A stretch of DNA of 41,286 nt from a virus. Its lineage: Duplodnaviria; Heunggongvirae; Uroviricota; Caudoviricetes. Within the stretch, counting starts at the first letter, position 1; the number at the start of each line of letters is the position of its first letter. The translations under genes and the position numbers were made by a program. Positions 16,544-27,329 of the stretch are shown here, in pieces. Under the pieces are notes generated by a model that saw nothing but the letters and a program-made list of their open reading frames with translations, was not told where the DNA came from and did not search any database. The stretch is from IMG/VR virus record IMGVR_UViG_2565956711_000007. One strand, written 5' to 3'.

Positions 16544-16758
16544 CTTGCATCAGAATACCTGGCGGAATTATTACTCTGAATGATTCCTACCGACTGCGCC
16601 TTGAAGATGGAACTTGTGTCTTTATGAGTTGGCATCATTACTGCGGTCCTGAGTTTTACAGAGACAGAAGCGAGCGCAGATATATCGATGAGTGGTGGGA
16701 AAATCCGCTAATTGTCAAAGCACTCGATTGGTTTGTTGGTCGCGGTGAAAAAGCATAG
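16540..16758 (+). CDS. Hypothetical protein
   Basis: GTG 16540 overlapping previous stop; GGAGGTGGGAG upstream. Confidence 0.45.
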   Translation: MTCIRIPGGIITLNDSYRLRLEDGTCVFMSWHHYCGPEFYRDRSERRYIDEWWENPLIVKALDWFVGRGEKA

Positions 16759-16788
16759 CAGCCAGCCTTCTGGCATGTGGAGGGGAAT

Positions 16789-17067
16789 ATGGAAGAGTCA
16801 CGGAAACAGTTTGAGCAGGAGATTAACAAAAAGTTTGGCGACCTTATCGACCAGCGTATCTGCAAAAATAGCGATGGCGATTATATGGCGTGGGATATGC
16901 AGGTAGCATGGTGGGCATGGCAGGCAAGCAGGCGGGCTATTGCGGTAAACCTCGGAAAGCCGATTTATGTGAAGCATAACGGTGACTATATCCATGCATG
17001 GCCAGCTTATAACGTTGATATAGCCATACGCGCCGCTGGTCTTACAGTAAAAGGGGACAGCAAGTGA
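16789..17067 (+). CDS. Hypothetical protein
   Basis: ATG 16789 preceded by GGAGGGG. Confidence 0.5.
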   Translation: MEESRKQFEQEINKKFGDLIDQRICKNSDGDYMAWDMQVAWWAWQASRRAIAVNLGKPIYVKHNGDYIHAWPAYNVDIAIRAAGLTVKGDSK

Positions 17068-17339
17068 GCGAGTTGAAACCTTGTCCGTTTTGTGGGAGCT
17101 CTGTGAAATGGTGTGGTGAGCATGAGCATGACCCATCAGATAATCATCTTTGCGATCATATTCAATGCACAAATGAACATTGCAGGGCTGATTTTAGCTT
17201 TATCTATGGGAATGATCTTCTTCCAGATGACTGCGAAGATATGTCACCAGAAGAGATGATGGATATTTTTCGCAAAAAAGCAGTTGGTTTGTACAACCAA
17301 AGGTCCAGCCATGAAACAAACAATCTTCCTTCGAAGTAA
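17064..17339 (+). CDS. Lar-like putative restriction-alleviation zinc-binding protein
   Basis: 91 aa; N-terminal LKPCPFCG motif plus further Cys/His; family recalled from memory. Confidence 0.45.
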   Translation: MSELKPCPFCGSSVKWCGEHEHDPSDNHLCDHIQCTNEHCRADFSFIYGNDLLPDDCEDMSPEEMMDIFRKKAVGLYNQRSSHETNNLPSK

Positions 17340-17664
17340 GCAGCAACAGCAGTCAGCAATAAACGCCATCCTCGCATCACCCCTCGACACCGACAAACCA
17401 GTAACCATCCGCATCTCCGACTACAAGCGCAACCTTGACCAGAACGCAAAATTTCACGCGATGCTGGCGGATATCGCACGTCAGGTTCAATGGTGCGATA
17501 AATGGTTAAAACCAGAACAATGGAAGGTTTTGTTGATCAGCGGTCATGCAGTGGCAACAAAGCAGGAAGCTGATGTTTTGCCCGGCCTTGAAGGCGAATA
17601 CGTCAACATTCGCGAAAGCAGCGCGCAGATGAGTGTGAAGCGTATGGCAAGTCTGATCGAGTAA
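17311..17664 (+). CDS. ninB: NinB-like recombination protein
   Basis: Motif DQNAKFHAMLADIARQVQW resembles recalled lambda NinB (DQNRKLWACLGDVSRQVEW). Confidence 0.7.
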   Translation: MKQTIFLRSKQQQQSAINAILASPLDTDKPVTIRISDYKRNLDQNAKFHAMLADIARQVQWCDKWLKPEQWKVLLISGHAVATKQEADVLPGLEGEYVNIRESSAQMSVKRMASLIE

Positions 17665-17955
17665 ATGGCTAATCTACGCAAAGAAGCACGTGGCAGAGAA
17701 TGCCAGGTACGTATTTACGGCATATGCAATGGCAATCCTGAAACTACAGTTCTGGCACATTACCGGATGGCTGGAATTTGCGGAACGGGAATGAAGCCGG
17801 ACGACCTGATCGGCGCATGGGCTTGTAGTGACTGCCACGCGGAGATCGACCGACGCACAAGGATTCTCGACAACAAAGACGCCAGACTTTACCACCTCGA
17901 AGGCGTGATCAGGACGCAGGCGATACTGCTGAAGGAGGGGAAGATTAAGCCATGA
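17665..17955 (+). CDS. ybcO: YbcO-like (DUF1364) putative nuclease
   Basis: 96 aa; RGRECQVRIYGICNGNPETTVLAH and CSDCHAEIDRR motifs match recalled DLP12 YbcO. Confidence 0.7.
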   Translation: MANLRKEARGRECQVRIYGICNGNPETTVLAHYRMAGICGTGMKPDDLIGAWACSDCHAEIDRRTRILDNKDARLYHLEGVIRTQAILLKEGKIKP

Positions 17956-18314
17956 ACGAATATCAGTTTGTGCTTCCATACCCGCCGTCGGTGAACACCT
18001 ACTGGCGAAGACGGGGAAGCCAATACTACATCAGCGATAAAGGCCAGAAATACCGAAAAGACGTTCAGCAAATCATCCGCCAACTCAAGTTAGACATTTT
18101 CACCAAATCACGACTCCGCATCAAAGTCATCGCAGACGTTCCAGACTCCCGCCGCCGCGACCTCGATAACATCCTGAAAGGTTTACTCGACTCACTTATC
18201 CACGCCGGATTTGCGGAAGACGACGAGCAATTCGATGACATTCGCGTAATTCGTGGTGTGAAAGTACCAGGCGGACGGCTTGGAATAAAAATCACCGAAC
18301 TGGAGAACGTATGA
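17952..18314 (+). CDS. rusA: RusA Holliday-junction resolvase
   Basis: 120 aa; DRRRRDLDN and GGRL motifs typical of RusA. Confidence 0.88.
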   Translation: MNEYQFVLPYPPSVNTYWRRRGSQYYISDKGQKYRKDVQQIIRQLKLDIFTKSRLRIKVIADVPDSRRRDLDNILKGLLDSLIHAGFAEDDEQFDDIRVIRGVKVPGGRLGIKITELENV

Positions 18315-18499
18315 ACGCCACAATTCAAACGATACCAGAGCTTCTTATCCAGACACGAGGCAATCAGACCGAAGTGGCGAGGATGCTTTCCTGCGCAAGA
18401 GGAACAGTGCTCAAGTACAACCGAGACAGCAAAGGCGAGCGTCACGTAATAGTTAACAGCGTCCTGATGGTCAAACAGGGCAAGAGGGGAAGACGATGA
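18311..18499 (+). CDS. ninH: NinH-like protein
   Basis: 62 aa; GNQTEVARMLSCARGTVLKY resembles recalled lambda NinH. Confidence 0.7.
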   Translation: MNATIQTIPELLIQTRGNQTEVARMLSCARGTVLKYNRDSKGERHVIVNSVLMVKQGKRGRR

Positions 18500-19119
18500 G
18501 ACTCGAAAGCGTAGCTAAATTTCATTCGCCAAAAAGCCCGATGATGAGCGACTCACCACGGGCCACGGCTTCTGACTCTCTTTCCGGTACTGATGTGATG
18601 GCTGCTATGGGGATGGCGCAATCACAAGCCGGATTCGGAATGGCTGCATTCTGCGGTAAGCATGAACTCAGCCAGAACGACAAACAAAAGGCTATCAACT
18701 ATCTGATGCAATATGCACACAAGGTATCGGGGAAATACCGTGGTGTGGCAAAGCTCGAAGGAAATACTAAGGCAAAGGTACTGCAAGTGCTCGCAACATT
18801 CGCTTATGCGGATTATTGCCGTAGTGCCGCGACGCCGGGTGCAAGATGCAGAGATTGCCACGGTACAGGTCGTGCGGTTGATATAGCAAAAACAGAGCAG
18901 TGGGGGAGAGTTGTTGAGAAAGAGTGCGGAAGATGCAAAGGAGTCGGCTATTCAAGAATGCCAGCAAGCGCTGCATATCGCGCTGTAACGATGCTAATCC
19001 CAAACCTTACTCAACCCACCTGGTCACGCACTGTTAAGCCGCTGTATGACGCTCTGGTGGTGCAATGCCACAAGGAAGAGTCAATCGCAGACAACATTTT
19101 GAATGCGGTCACACGTTAG
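18496..19119 (+). CDS. Q: Late antiterminator Q (lambda type)
   Basis: 207 aa; essentially the lambda Q sequence as recalled (MRLESVAKFHSPKSPMMSDSPRATASDS...). Confidence 0.95.
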   Translation: MRLESVAKFHSPKSPMMSDSPRATASDSLSGTDVMAAMGMAQSQAGFGMAAFCGKHELSQNDKQKAINYLMQYAHKVSGKYRGVAKLEGNTKAKVLQVLATFAYADYCRSAATPGARCRDCHGTGRAVDIAKTEQWGRVVEKECGRCKGVGYSRMPASAAYRAVTMLIPNLTQPTWSRTVKPLYDALVVQCHKEESIADNILNAVTR

Positions 19120-19161
19120 CAGCATGATTGCCACGGATGGCAACATATTAACGGCATGATA

Positions 19162-19190
19162 TTGACTTTTTGAATAAAGTTGGGTAAATT
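19162..19190 (+). promoter_or_regulatory. Late promoter pR' with overlapping qut site
   Basis: -35 TTGACT (19162-19167), 17-nt spacer, -10 TAAATT (19185-19190); sequence matches recalled lambda pR'. Confidence 0.85.
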
Positions 19191-19196
19191 TGACCA

Positions 19197-19390
19197 AACG
19201 ATGGGTTAATTCGCTCGTTGTGGTAGTGAGATAAAAAGAGGCGGCGCTTACTACCGATTCCGCCTAGTTGGTCACTTCGACGCATCGTCTGGAACTCCAA
19301 CCATCGCAGGCTGAGAGGTCTGTAAAATGCAATCCCGAAACAGTTCGCAGGTAATAGTTAGAGCCTGCATAACGGTTTCGGGATTTTTTA
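19197..19390 (+). ncRNA. 6S RNA (short pR' leader transcript ending at tR')
   Basis: Distance from predicted start to tR' U-run is about 194 nt, as in lambda. Confidence 0.6.
19332..19390 (+). terminator. tR' rho-independent terminator
   Basis: ATCCCGAAAC ... GTTTCGGGAT long hairpin followed by TTTTTT. Confidence 0.85.
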
Positions 19391-19928
19391 TGTCTGTGCA
19401 ACAGGTAAGAGCATTGAGCCGATAATCGTGAAGAGTCGGCGAGCCTGGTTAGCCAGTGCTCTTTCCGTTGTGGTGAATACGCAGGCTGATGCGTTAATCA
19501 GGTGAACGAGACACCCGCCGGTCCGTGATATGGCACACTGTGCCGGTCATATCTGCCGCGGTTAGGTTTACGAGGATTTCGTAAAGCTGGTCTAGGGTGA
19601 AGCCGTGAAAGCGGAGGAAGTAAAACGAGGCGTCGGTACACGCCTATCGTCATTAAGTCGGAGTTCAGCACCGACCGCCACAACCCAACCTGAGCCGTAG
19701 CCACTGGCTGTCCTGAATTCATCAGTGATAGTTATGCTGCGTCCTTCTACACATGACCTTCGTGAAAGCGGGTGGCAAGAGGTTGCGCTAACAACCTCCT
19801 GCCGTTTTGCCCGTGCATATCGTTCACGAACAAATCTGATTACTAAACACAGTAGCCTGGATTTGTTCTATCAGTAATCGACCTTATTCCTAATTAAATA
19901 GAGCAAATCCCCTTATTGGGGGTAAGAC

Positions 19929-20252
19929 ATGAAGATGCCAGAAAAACATGACCTGTTAGCCGCCATTCTCGCGGCAAAGGAACAAGGCATCGGGGCAATC
20001 CTTGCGTTTGCAATGGCGTACCTTCGCGGCAGATATAATGGCGGTGCGTTTACAAAAACAGTAATCGACGCAACGATGTGCGCCATTATCGCCTGGTTCA
20101 TTCGTGACCTTCTCGACTTCGCCGGACTAAGTAGCAATCTCGCTTATATAACGAGCGTGTTCATCGGCTACATCGGTACTGACTCGATTGGTTCGCTTAT
20201 CAAACGCTTCGCTGCTAGAAAAGCCGGAGTAGGAGATGGTGGAAATCAATAA
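19929..20252 (+). CDS. S: Holin S (S107 antiholin start at 19929, S105 holin start at 19935)
   Basis: [20 protein letters not shown]..., dual-start Met-Lys-Met motif; lambda S as recalled. Confidence 0.95.
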   Translation: MKMPEKHDLLAAILAAKEQGIGAILAFAMAYLRGRYNGGAFTKTVIDATMCAIIAWFIRDLLDFAGLSSNLAYITSVFIGYIGTDSIGSLIKRFAARKAGVGDGGNQ

Positions 20253-20712
20253 TCAACGTAAGGCGTTCCTCGATATGCTGGCGTGGTCAGAGGGAACTGA
20301 TAACGGACGTCAAAAAACCAGAAATCATGGTTATGACGTCATTGTTGGCGGAGAGCTATTCACTGATTACTCCGATCACCCTCGCAAACTTGTCACGCTA
20401 AACCCCAAACTCAAATCAACAGCCGCCGGACGTTACCAGCTTCTTTCCCGTTGGTGGGATGCCTATCGTAAGCAGCTTGGCCTGAAAGACTTCTCTCCGA
20501 AAAGTCAGGACGCTGTGGCACTGCAACAGATTAAAGAGCGTGGCGCTTTACCGATGATTGATCGCGGTGATATTCGTCAGGCTATCGACCGTTGCAGCAA
20601 TATCTGGGCTTCACTGCCGGGCGCTGGTTATGGCCAGTTCGAGCATAAGGCTGACAGCCTGATTGCAAAATTCAAAGAGGCTGGCGGAACGGTCAGAGAG
20701 ATTGAGGTATGA
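20236..20712 (+). CDS. R: Endolysin R (lytic transglycosylase)
   Basis: 158 aa, lambda R-like [26 protein letters not shown]. Confidence 0.95.
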   Translation: MVEINNQRKAFLDMLAWSEGTDNGRQKTRNHGYDVIVGGELFTDYSDHPRKLVTLNPKLKSTAAGRYQLLSRWWDAYRKQLGLKDFSPKSQDAVALQQIKERGALPMIDRGDIRQAIDRCSNIWASLPGAGYGQFEHKADSLIAKFKEAGGTVREIEV

Positions 20713-21146
20713 GCAGAGTCACCGCGATTATCTCCGCTCTGGTTATCTGCATCATCGTCTGCCTGTCATGGGCTGTTAATCATTACCGTGATAACGCCAT
20801 TACCTATAAAGAACAGCGCGATAAAGCCACGTACATCATCGCTGACATGCAGAAGCGTCAACGTGATGTAGCAGAACTCGACGCCAGATACACAAAGGAG
20901 CTTGCTGATGCTAACGCGACTATCGAAAGTCTCCGTGCTGATGTTTCTGCTGGTCGTAAGCGCCTGCAAGTCGCCGCCACCTGTGCAAAGTCAACGACCG
21001 GAGCCAGCAGCATGGGCGATGGAGAAAGCCCAAGACTTACAGCAGATGCTGAACTCAATTATTACCGTCTACGAAGCGGAATCGACAGGATAACCGCGCA
21101 GGTTAACTACTTGCAGGAATACATCAGGACGCAATGCCTTCGATGA
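20709..21146 (+). CDS. Rz: Rz i-spanin
   Basis: 145 aa, N-terminal TM; first 35 residues match recalled lambda Rz, remainder diverged. Confidence 0.9.
   Translation: MSRVTAIISALVICIIVCLSWAVNHYRDNAITYKEQRDKATYIIADMQKRQRDVAELDARYTKELADANATIESLRADVSAGRKRLQVAATCAKSTTGASSMGDGESPRLTADAELNYYRLRSGIDRITAQVNYLQEYIRTQCLR
20908..21093 (+). CDS. Rz1: Rz1 o-spanin lipoprotein embedded in +1 frame of Rz
   Basis: AGGAG 7 nt upstream of ATG 20908; lipoprotein signal with Cys (LLVVSAC), Pro-rich mature part. Confidence 0.7.
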   Translation: MLTRLSKVSVLMFLLVVSACKSPPPVQSQRPEPAAWAMEKAQDLQQMLNSIITVYEAESTG

Positions 21147-21319
21147 TAGCGATAATTTTACTCATCATCCTTCACATCTGGCTCTGTAGACAGGGTGGTG
21201 ATCACTTCTGGAGTGAATCCAGATTAAACATCTCATTGCTGATGCTTGATATTGAGCATCTGGCGCGCGGTAAGGGGCTGCGTTGAGATAAGAGCCAGTC
21301 ATTACAAATACCAGGGTTT

Positions 21320-21346
21320 AGCCTCGCATTCGCGGGGCTTTTTTAT
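21320..21346 (+). terminator. Rho-independent terminator after lysis cassette
   Basis: 8-bp stem (one G-U), loop ATTC, then TTTTTT. Confidence 0.6.
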
Positions 21347-21491
21347 ATCTGCAACAAACGCGCTTCACACGCGCGACTTCTGAACACAGAACCTTTCAGG
21401 ATGACCCTTGAGGATGCCGGTTTGGTGATCGGTGCCTTTCTGTGGGCCGGAATCCTGTGTGACAAGGTTCATCACTAAAAGGTAATCACTG

Positions 21492-22022
21492 ATGAAGTAC
21501 CCAACAGTTATTGTCAATGGTGTGTCCGTTCGTGTTGATGAGGATGGACGCTACAACTTAAACGATCTCCATGCAGCAGCAGTTGCAAATGGAGAGGCTA
21601 CAGAGCAACAGCGCCCAAGCCAGTTTTTGCGTAGCGCGCAGATAAAACGCTTCATAAAAGCACTGGAGGCCAAAGTGCAAAAAAGCACTTTGGAACAAAT
21701 TCAACCACTTAAAATAATCAAAGGTGGTGCAGAACCAGGTGTGTGGGGTGTTGAACTTCTGGCAATCAGATATGCAGCATGGATTAAGCCGGAATTTGAA
21801 ATCGAAGTTTATGAAGTTTTCAAAACGGTTGTCCGTCTCGGCGTTGGCGCAATGTCCCGTCTGAATAGAATCGATCACATCATCAATACTGAAACCAAAG
21901 CGATAAGCCAGTGCGCAAGCCAAATGGCTAAGTGGGGCGTTGGTGGGCGAAAAAGATTGCTTCATGTTGCACGCGAGAGAGCGGCAAATGAAGTGCAAAT
22001 GTATTTGCCCGGGATGGTGTGA
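21492..22022 (+). CDS. KilA-N domain protein
   Basis: 176 aa; N-terminal VRVDEDGRYNLNDLH motif, shared with the N-terminus of the ant-position protein. Confidence 0.6.
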   Translation: MKYPTVIVNGVSVRVDEDGRYNLNDLHAAAVANGEATEQQRPSQFLRSAQIKRFIKALEAKVQKSTLEQIQPLKIIKGGAEPGVWGVELLAIRYAAWIKPEFEIEVYEVFKTVVRLGVGAMSRLNRIDHIINTETKAISQCASQMAKWGVGGRKRLLHVARERAANEVQMYLPGMV

Positions 22023-22278
22023 TTTCGCAGGTTAATCCAGTTTTTGCATTACGGCAGCACCGCGAAACAACCCAAGCCAGAAAGTGGGGAAATAACACTG
22101 GCAGCCACTGAAAGATGAACCTCCAGCCTTATGGCAAAAAAGATTCTTTGTGGTGGCGGACTGATGGAAAGACATCGGTTATTGCAGAGGCCATTCAATG
22201 AGTGGTCTCGACAATGGCTTATACCCTATACGGGATAACTTAATTGATATCCCTTTTAACGGATAAACGGAGCCAACA

Positions 22279-22521
22279 ATGGCAGAGATTATTCCCATGA
22301 CTGAAGAACAGAAATTCCAGTTAGAGATTTACAAACTGGTCATGAACCAGAACGCAGCAGCAGAAGAAGCATTTCAGTTCATTGGCACTGACGAACTGAA
22401 GCTTGAGCTATTCAAAATTCACTTCCAGTCAGGCGGCGCTAATTCAGATATCACGACCCGTACTATCGAAGCGGTGCGTAAATCGAAGGAAGCGTTAGAC
22501 CTGTTCACCGCTGGAGTGTGA
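22279..22521 (+). CDS. Hypothetical protein (80 aa)
   Basis: GGAG upstream; stop abuts next gene. Confidence 0.5.
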   Translation: MAEIIPMTEEQKFQLEIYKLVMNQNAAAEEAFQFIGTDELKLELFKIHFQSGGANSDITTRTIEAVRKSKEALDLFTAGV

Positions 22522-22522
22522 T

Positions 22523-22912
22523 ATGGCTAAGGCCAAATGGCACAAACTCCCGGCGTTCACCATTCCGCTGTTTCAAAGTGCACACGTCTACCTCGCAACA
22601 ACCAGAGAACAGTTTCAGCACGCTGATAAATTCCTTGGCGGCAGCGGGGATGAGAAGCCATTCAATCTTGGGCTTGCAAGCAACTATGAAAACACTGATA
22701 CGGGTGAGAGATGCTATCTGATTGGAGTATTCGATCAGCAGATCGCTACGCTCGTTCATGAGTGCGCCCACGTCTGCTTTTACGTTTGCTCTGATGTCGG
22801 CGTGACGACAAGGCCTGAAGATGCCAACGAGACGTACTGTTACATGCTGGACAGGATGGTTAATCACTTCCTGCCATTCATTCAGGAGAAACAAGATGTA
22901 TCACTGGAATAA
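22523..22912 (+). CDS. Small putative zinc metallopeptidase-like protein (HExxH)
   Basis: 129 aa; motif LVHECAHVCF (HExxH); GGAG 4 nt upstream. Confidence 0.55.
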   Translation: MAKAKWHKLPAFTIPLFQSAHVYLATTREQFQHADKFLGGSGDEKPFNLGLASNYENTDTGERCYLIGVFDQQIATLVHECAHVCFYVCSDVGVTTRPEDANETYCYMLDRMVNHFLPFIQEKQDVSLE

Positions 22913-23090
22913 TCAATCCCCTTATTGCCAATGCCAACGCTGCCCGTGCTGCGGGAAGATTGTTAACCAATTTACTGGCAACAATTTCTTCAAGACTGGT
23001 TATGGATATGGTGTTGCGGGTAGCGTTAATTGCTCTGGGGCTGCTGCTGAAACGACATCAAACACAGGCAAGCAGGAAGGAGCTAAGTAA
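22896..23090 (+). CDS. Small Cys-rich, Gly-rich hypothetical protein
   Basis: 64 aa; AGGAG 7 nt upstream of ATG 22896; CQCQRCPCCG cluster. Confidence 0.4.
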   Translation: MYHWNNQSPYCQCQRCPCCGKIVNQFTGNNFFKTGYGYGVAGSVNCSGAAAETTSNTGKQEGAK

Positions 23091-23184
23091 TGGTAATCAA
23101 AGTTTGTTCATGCTCTCAGGGCTTCGACAACCCATCCAAATTCCGCGAAGAGTGGGATAAGCAAACAGAAGGGAAATAATCAAT

Positions 23185-23673
23185 ATGGCAGCACCAAAGG
23201 GCAACCGATTTTGGGAGGCCCGCAGCAGTCACGGGCGCAACCCGAAATTCGAATCGCCTGAGGTGCTGTGGGAAGCATGCTGCGAATATTTCACATGGGT
23301 GGAAGAGCATCCACTGTGGGAAATGAAAGCATTCTCGTATCAGGGTGAAGTGACGCAAGAGCCTATCGCCAAGATGCGTGCAATGACGCTCACCGGCCTA
23401 TGCCTGTTCCTCGATATAGCCGATGAAACATGGCGAAGATTTCGCGCTGACGAAGATTTTTGTGGGGTCACCACGCGAGCAGAGAAAGTCATCTACGACC
23501 AGAAATTCTCCGGCGCAGCTGCTGACCTTCTCAACGCTAATATCATCGCCCGTGATTTGGGCCTCAAAGAGCAGTCGCAAGTTGAAGACGTGACACCTGA
23601 TAAGGGAGATCGCGATAAGCGACGCTCTCGTATCAAGGAGCTATTCAACCGTGGAACTGGACGCGATTCTTGA
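23185..23673 (+). CDS. Terminase small subunit (P22 gp3-like)
   Basis: 162 aa, same length as P22 gp3; directly precedes TerL. Confidence 0.8.
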   Translation: MAAPKGNRFWEARSSHGRNPKFESPEVLWEACCEYFTWVEEHPLWEMKAFSYQGEVTQEPIAKMRAMTLTGLCLFLDIADETWRRFRADEDFCGVTTRAEKVIYDQKFSGAAADLLNANIIARDLGLKEQSQVEDVTPDKGDRDKRRSRIKELFNRGTGRDS

Positions 23674-25150
23674 TAACCTGAGCGACGAAGAGCAAATCGA
23701 ATTGCTCGAGCTACTCGAAGAAGAAGAGAACTACCGGAACACACACCTGCTATATGAATTTACGCCATACAGCAAACAGCGTGAGTTCATCGACGCCGGA
23801 CATGACTATCCAGAGCGATGTTTTATGGCTGGTAACCAGCTTGGTAAGTCATTTACTGGTGCTGCTGAAGTCGCGTTTCACCTTACCGGGCGTTATCCTG
23901 GCACAAAAGGCTATCCTGCTGATGGTAAATATGGTGGGGAGTGGAAAGGTAAGCGTTTCTATGAGCCTGTTGTCTTCTGGATTGGCGGCGAGACAAACGA
24001 GACTGTAACCAAAACGACTCAACGCATCCTGTGCGGTCGTATCGAAGAGAATGATGAGCCAGGCTACGGTTCCATACCTAAAGAAGACATCATTAGCTGG
24101 AAGAAGTCTCCTTTCTTTCCGAACCTTGTTGATCATCTTCTGGTTAAGCATCACACAGCTGATGGCGTTGAAGATGGCATTTCAATCTGCTACTTCAAAC
24201 CATACTCGCAAGGCCGTGCTCGCTGGCAGGGTGACACAATCCACGGCGTGTGGTTTGACGAAGAGCCACCATACAGCATTTATGGCGAAGGGCTTACCCG
24301 TACCAACAAATACGGGCAATTCTCAATTCTGACGTTTACCCCGCTGATGGGGATGTCTGACGTTGTTACCAAGTTCCTGAAGAATCCCAGCAAGTCGCAG
24401 AAAGTGGTCAACATGACCATCTATGACGCTGAGCACTACACAGACGAACAGAAAGAGCAAATCATCGCATCCTATCCCGAGCATGAGAGAGAGGCGCGTG
24501 CTCGCGGTATTCCTACGATGGGTAGCGGGCGAATCTTCCAGATACCGGAAGAGACGATTAAGTGTCAGCCGTTCGAGTGTCCTGATCACTTCTACGTAAT
24601 TGGCGGGATGGATTTCGGATGGGATCACCCGCAGGCGCAGGTTCAGCTTTGGTGGGATAAGGATGCAGACACAATCTACGTTTCACGCGTGTGGAAGGCG
24701 AAAGAAAAGACAGCCGTTCAGGCGTGGGGAGCCGTTAAACCATGGGCGCATAAAGTGCCAACCGCATGGCCCCATGACGGAAACCAGCACGAGAAGGGCG
24801 GCGGTGAGCAGCTCAAAGGGCAGTATGCGGACGCTGGATTTATGATGTTGCAGGAGCATGCGACATGGCCTGATGGCGGTAATGCTGTTGAGCCTGGAAT
24901 CACTGAATTGCGCGACATGATGCTAGATGGTCGCTTCAAGGTATTCAACACCTGTGAACCATTCTTTGAGGAGTTCCGCCTCTATCACCGTGATGAAAAC
25001 GGGAAAATCGTCAAGCTTAACGACGACGTGCTATCAGCCGTTCGCTATGCATACATGATGCGCCGCTTCGCCAAAATGATGCGCGACATCAAAAAACCAA
25101 AAGAGAAAAAGATACCAGCCCCAATCAGGCCCATCGCACGGAGAACTTAA
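23651..25150 (+). CDS. Terminase large subunit (P22 gp2-like)
   Basis: 499 aa; ATPase then nuclease domain; GTG start overlapping TerS end. Confidence 0.9.
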   Translation: MELDAILDNLSDEEQIELLELLEEEENYRNTHLLYEFTPYSKQREFIDAGHDYPERCFMAGNQLGKSFTGAAEVAFHLTGRYPGTKGYPADGKYGGEWKGKRFYEPVVFWIGGETNETVTKTTQRILCGRIEENDEPGYGSIPKEDIISWKKSPFFPNLVDHLLVKHHTADGVEDGISICYFKPYSQGRARWQGDTIHGVWFDEEPPYSIYGEGLTRTNKYGQFSILTFTPLMGMSDVVTKFLKNPSKSQKVVNMTIYDAEHYTDEQKEQIIASYPEHEREARARGIPTMGSGRIFQIPEETIKCQPFECPDHFYVIGGMDFGWDHPQAQVQLWWDKDADTIYVSRVWKAKEKTAVQAWGAVKPWAHKVPTAWPHDGNQHEKGGGEQLKGQYADAGFMMLQEHATWPDGGNAVEPGITELRDMMLDGRFKVFNTCEPFFEEFRLYHRDENGKIVKLNDDVLSAVRYAYMMRRFAKMMRDIKKPKEKKIPAPIRPIARRT

Positions 25151-27316
25151 ATGGCCGACGAAAACAGACTCAATTCCATTCTGTGTAAGTTTGACGCAGA
25201 CTGGATGGCGAGCGATGAAGCCAGAACCGAGGCGACAAATGACCTGTATTTTAGCCGAGTGTCGCAATGGGATGACTGGCTATCAAACTACACCACCCTG
25301 CAATATCGCGGACAATTCGATGTTGTCCGCCCGGTGGTCAGGAAGCTGGTCGCAGAGATGCGCCGGAACCCTATCGACGTTCTCTTCCGACCAAAAGACG
25401 GTGCTAATCCTGATGCAGCCGATGTGTTGATGGGGATGTATCGTACTGATATGCGCCATAACACGGCAAAAATTGCCGTTAACGTTGGCGTTCGTGAGCA
25501 GATAGAGTCCGGCGTTGGTGCATGGCGTCTGGTCACGCAGTACGAAGACAACGATCCAACAAGCAACAATCAGGTAATTCGACGCCTGCCAATTCATGAA
25601 GCCTGCTCACACGTCATATGGGACGCCAACAGCAAGCAGATGGATAAGAGCGACGCTAAGCACTGCACGGTGATTAACGCCTTGTCGCGCAATGGCTGGA
25701 AAGAGTTCGCAGAGGATTACGGTATTGATCCGGACACCTTGCCATCTTTCCAGAATCCGAACGATACATGGCTGTTTCCGTGGGTATCGAATGATGTCGT
25801 CTACGTCGCTGAGTATTACGAGGTCGAAGAGAAGAAAGAGAAAGTCTTCATCTACCGCGACCCGCTGACAGGTGAGCCGGTCAGCTATTACCAGCAGGAT
25901 ATCAAAGACGTCATCGACGACCTGGCTAATCGTGGATTCATTAAGGTAGCAGAGCGCAAGGTGAAGCGTCGGCGTGTGTATAAGTCGATCATCACCTGCA
26001 CGCAGATACTGAAAGACCGCGAGAAGATAGCCGGAGAGCATATTCCAATCGTTCCAGTGTATGGCGAATGGTCATTCGCTGGTGACAAGGAGTGCTACGA
26101 AGGAGTGGTAAGGCTGACGAAAGACGGTCAACGCCTTCGTAACATGATCATGTCGTTCAACGCCGATATTGTTGCTCGTTCACCGAAGAAGAAACCGACC
26201 TTCTTCCCTGAGCAAATCGAAGGCTACGAATACATGTACGGTGGAAATGATGACTATCCGTACTATCTGCAGAACAGGACCGATGAAAACGGTAACGACC
26301 TGCCGATTGGTCCAATCTCCTACATGGAAAACCCTGAAGTGCCGCAAGCCAACGCTTACATGCTTGAGGCTGCCACCAACGCAGTGAAAGAGGTGGCTAG
26401 TCTTGGTGTGGATGCGCAGGCAGCAAACTCTCAGGTCGCTTTCGATACCGTCAATCAACTGAACATGCGGGCAGACCTTGAGACATACGTGTTTCAGGAT
26501 AACCTGGCTACCGCAATGCGACGTGATGGCGAGATTTATGCCTCAATGGTCAACGATATTTATGACGTTCCTCGCCATGTAACGCTGACACTTGAAGATG
26601 GTAGCGAGAAAGACGTTCAACTCTACGCGCAAGTTGTCGATTACCAGTCCGGCAATGTGGTCACACTCAACGACATTCGCGGTCGCTATGAGTGCTATAC
26701 AGACGTTGGGCCATCCTTCCAGAGCATGAAGGAACAGAATCGCGCAGAGATTCAGGAGTTGCTAACCAAGGTTCCGCAAGGTACTCCAGAGTTCCAGATG
26801 CTGATGCTGCAATACTTCACGTTGCTTGACGGTAAAGGCGTCGAGATGATGCGAGAGTACGCGAACAAGCAACTGGTGATGATGGGGCTGAAGAAACCAG
26901 AAACACCTGAAGAGATGGAGATGGTGCAGCAGGCACAACAACAGCCGCAGCAGCCATCAGCAGAGCAAATTCAGGCGCAAGGTATCCTTCTGCAAGGTCA
27001 GGCTGAATTGCTCAAGGCAGAGAACCAACAGGCGCAGATTCAGGTTGAAGCCGCCAAGGTTGAAGCCCAAAACCAACTCAACGCCGCGAAGATTGCAGAA
27101 ATCTTCAACAATATGGACCTCGACAAGCAGGCAGAACTGCGTGAGTACCTCAAGCTCGTAGGTCAATTACAGCAACAGCGCAGCAAAGATGCTCGTGCTA
27201 ACGCTGAGCTGCTTCTTAAAGATGCAGACCAGACTCATTCACAACGCATGGATTTCGCGAATCTTATGCGTCAAGTTCAAATCCCCTCCGGCGGAGTAGC
27301 CGAGACACCTCAATAA
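25151..27316 (+). CDS. Portal protein (P22 gp1-like)
   Basis: 721 aa; strong similarity to recalled P22 portal throughout, including Q-rich C-terminal barrel. Confidence 0.95.
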   Translation: MADENRLNSILCKFDADWMASDEARTEATNDLYFSRVSQWDDWLSNYTTLQYRGQFDVVRPVVRKLVAEMRRNPIDVLFRPKDGANPDAADVLMGMYRTDMRHNTAKIAVNVGVREQIESGVGAWRLVTQYEDNDPTSNNQVIRRLPIHEACSHVIWDANSKQMDKSDAKHCTVINALSRNGWKEFAEDYGIDPDTLPSFQNPNDTWLFPWVSNDVVYVAEYYEVEEKKEKVFIYRDPLTGEPVSYYQQDIKDVIDDLANRGFIKVAERKVKRRRVYKSIITCTQILKDREKIAGEHIPIVPVYGEWSFAGDKECYEGVVRLTKDGQRLRNMIMSFNADIVARSPKKKPTFFPEQIEGYEYMYGGNDDYPYYLQNRTDENGNDLPIGPISYMENPEVPQANAYMLEAATNAVKEVASLGVDAQAANSQVAFDTVNQLNMRADLETYVFQDNLATAMRRDGEIYASMVNDIYDVPRHVTLTLEDGSEKDVQLYAQVVDYQSGNVVTLNDIRGRYECYTDVGPSFQSMKEQNRAEIQELLTKVPQGTPEFQMLMLQYFTLLDGKGVEMMREYANKQLVMMGLKKPETPEEMEMVQQAQQQPQQPSAEQIQAQGILLQGQAELLKAENQQAQIQVEAAKVEAQNQLNAAKIAEIFNNMDLDKQAELREYLKLVGQLQQQRSKDARANAELLLKDADQTHSQRMDFANLMRQVQIPSGGVAETPQ

Positions 27317-27329
27317 GAGAGAGTTAATC

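Noticed and set aside
19498-19722. 74-aa minus-strand ORF between tR' and S
   Set aside because: Region matches lambda non-coding sequence between 6S RNA and S as recalled; no SD; Pro/Arg-rich translation
23185-25150. Expectation of lambda-type Nu1/A terminase and cos site after the lysis genes
   Set aside because: The proteins match P22-type TerS (162 aa) and TerL (499 aa) in length and sequence, so packaging is headful from a pac site, not cos
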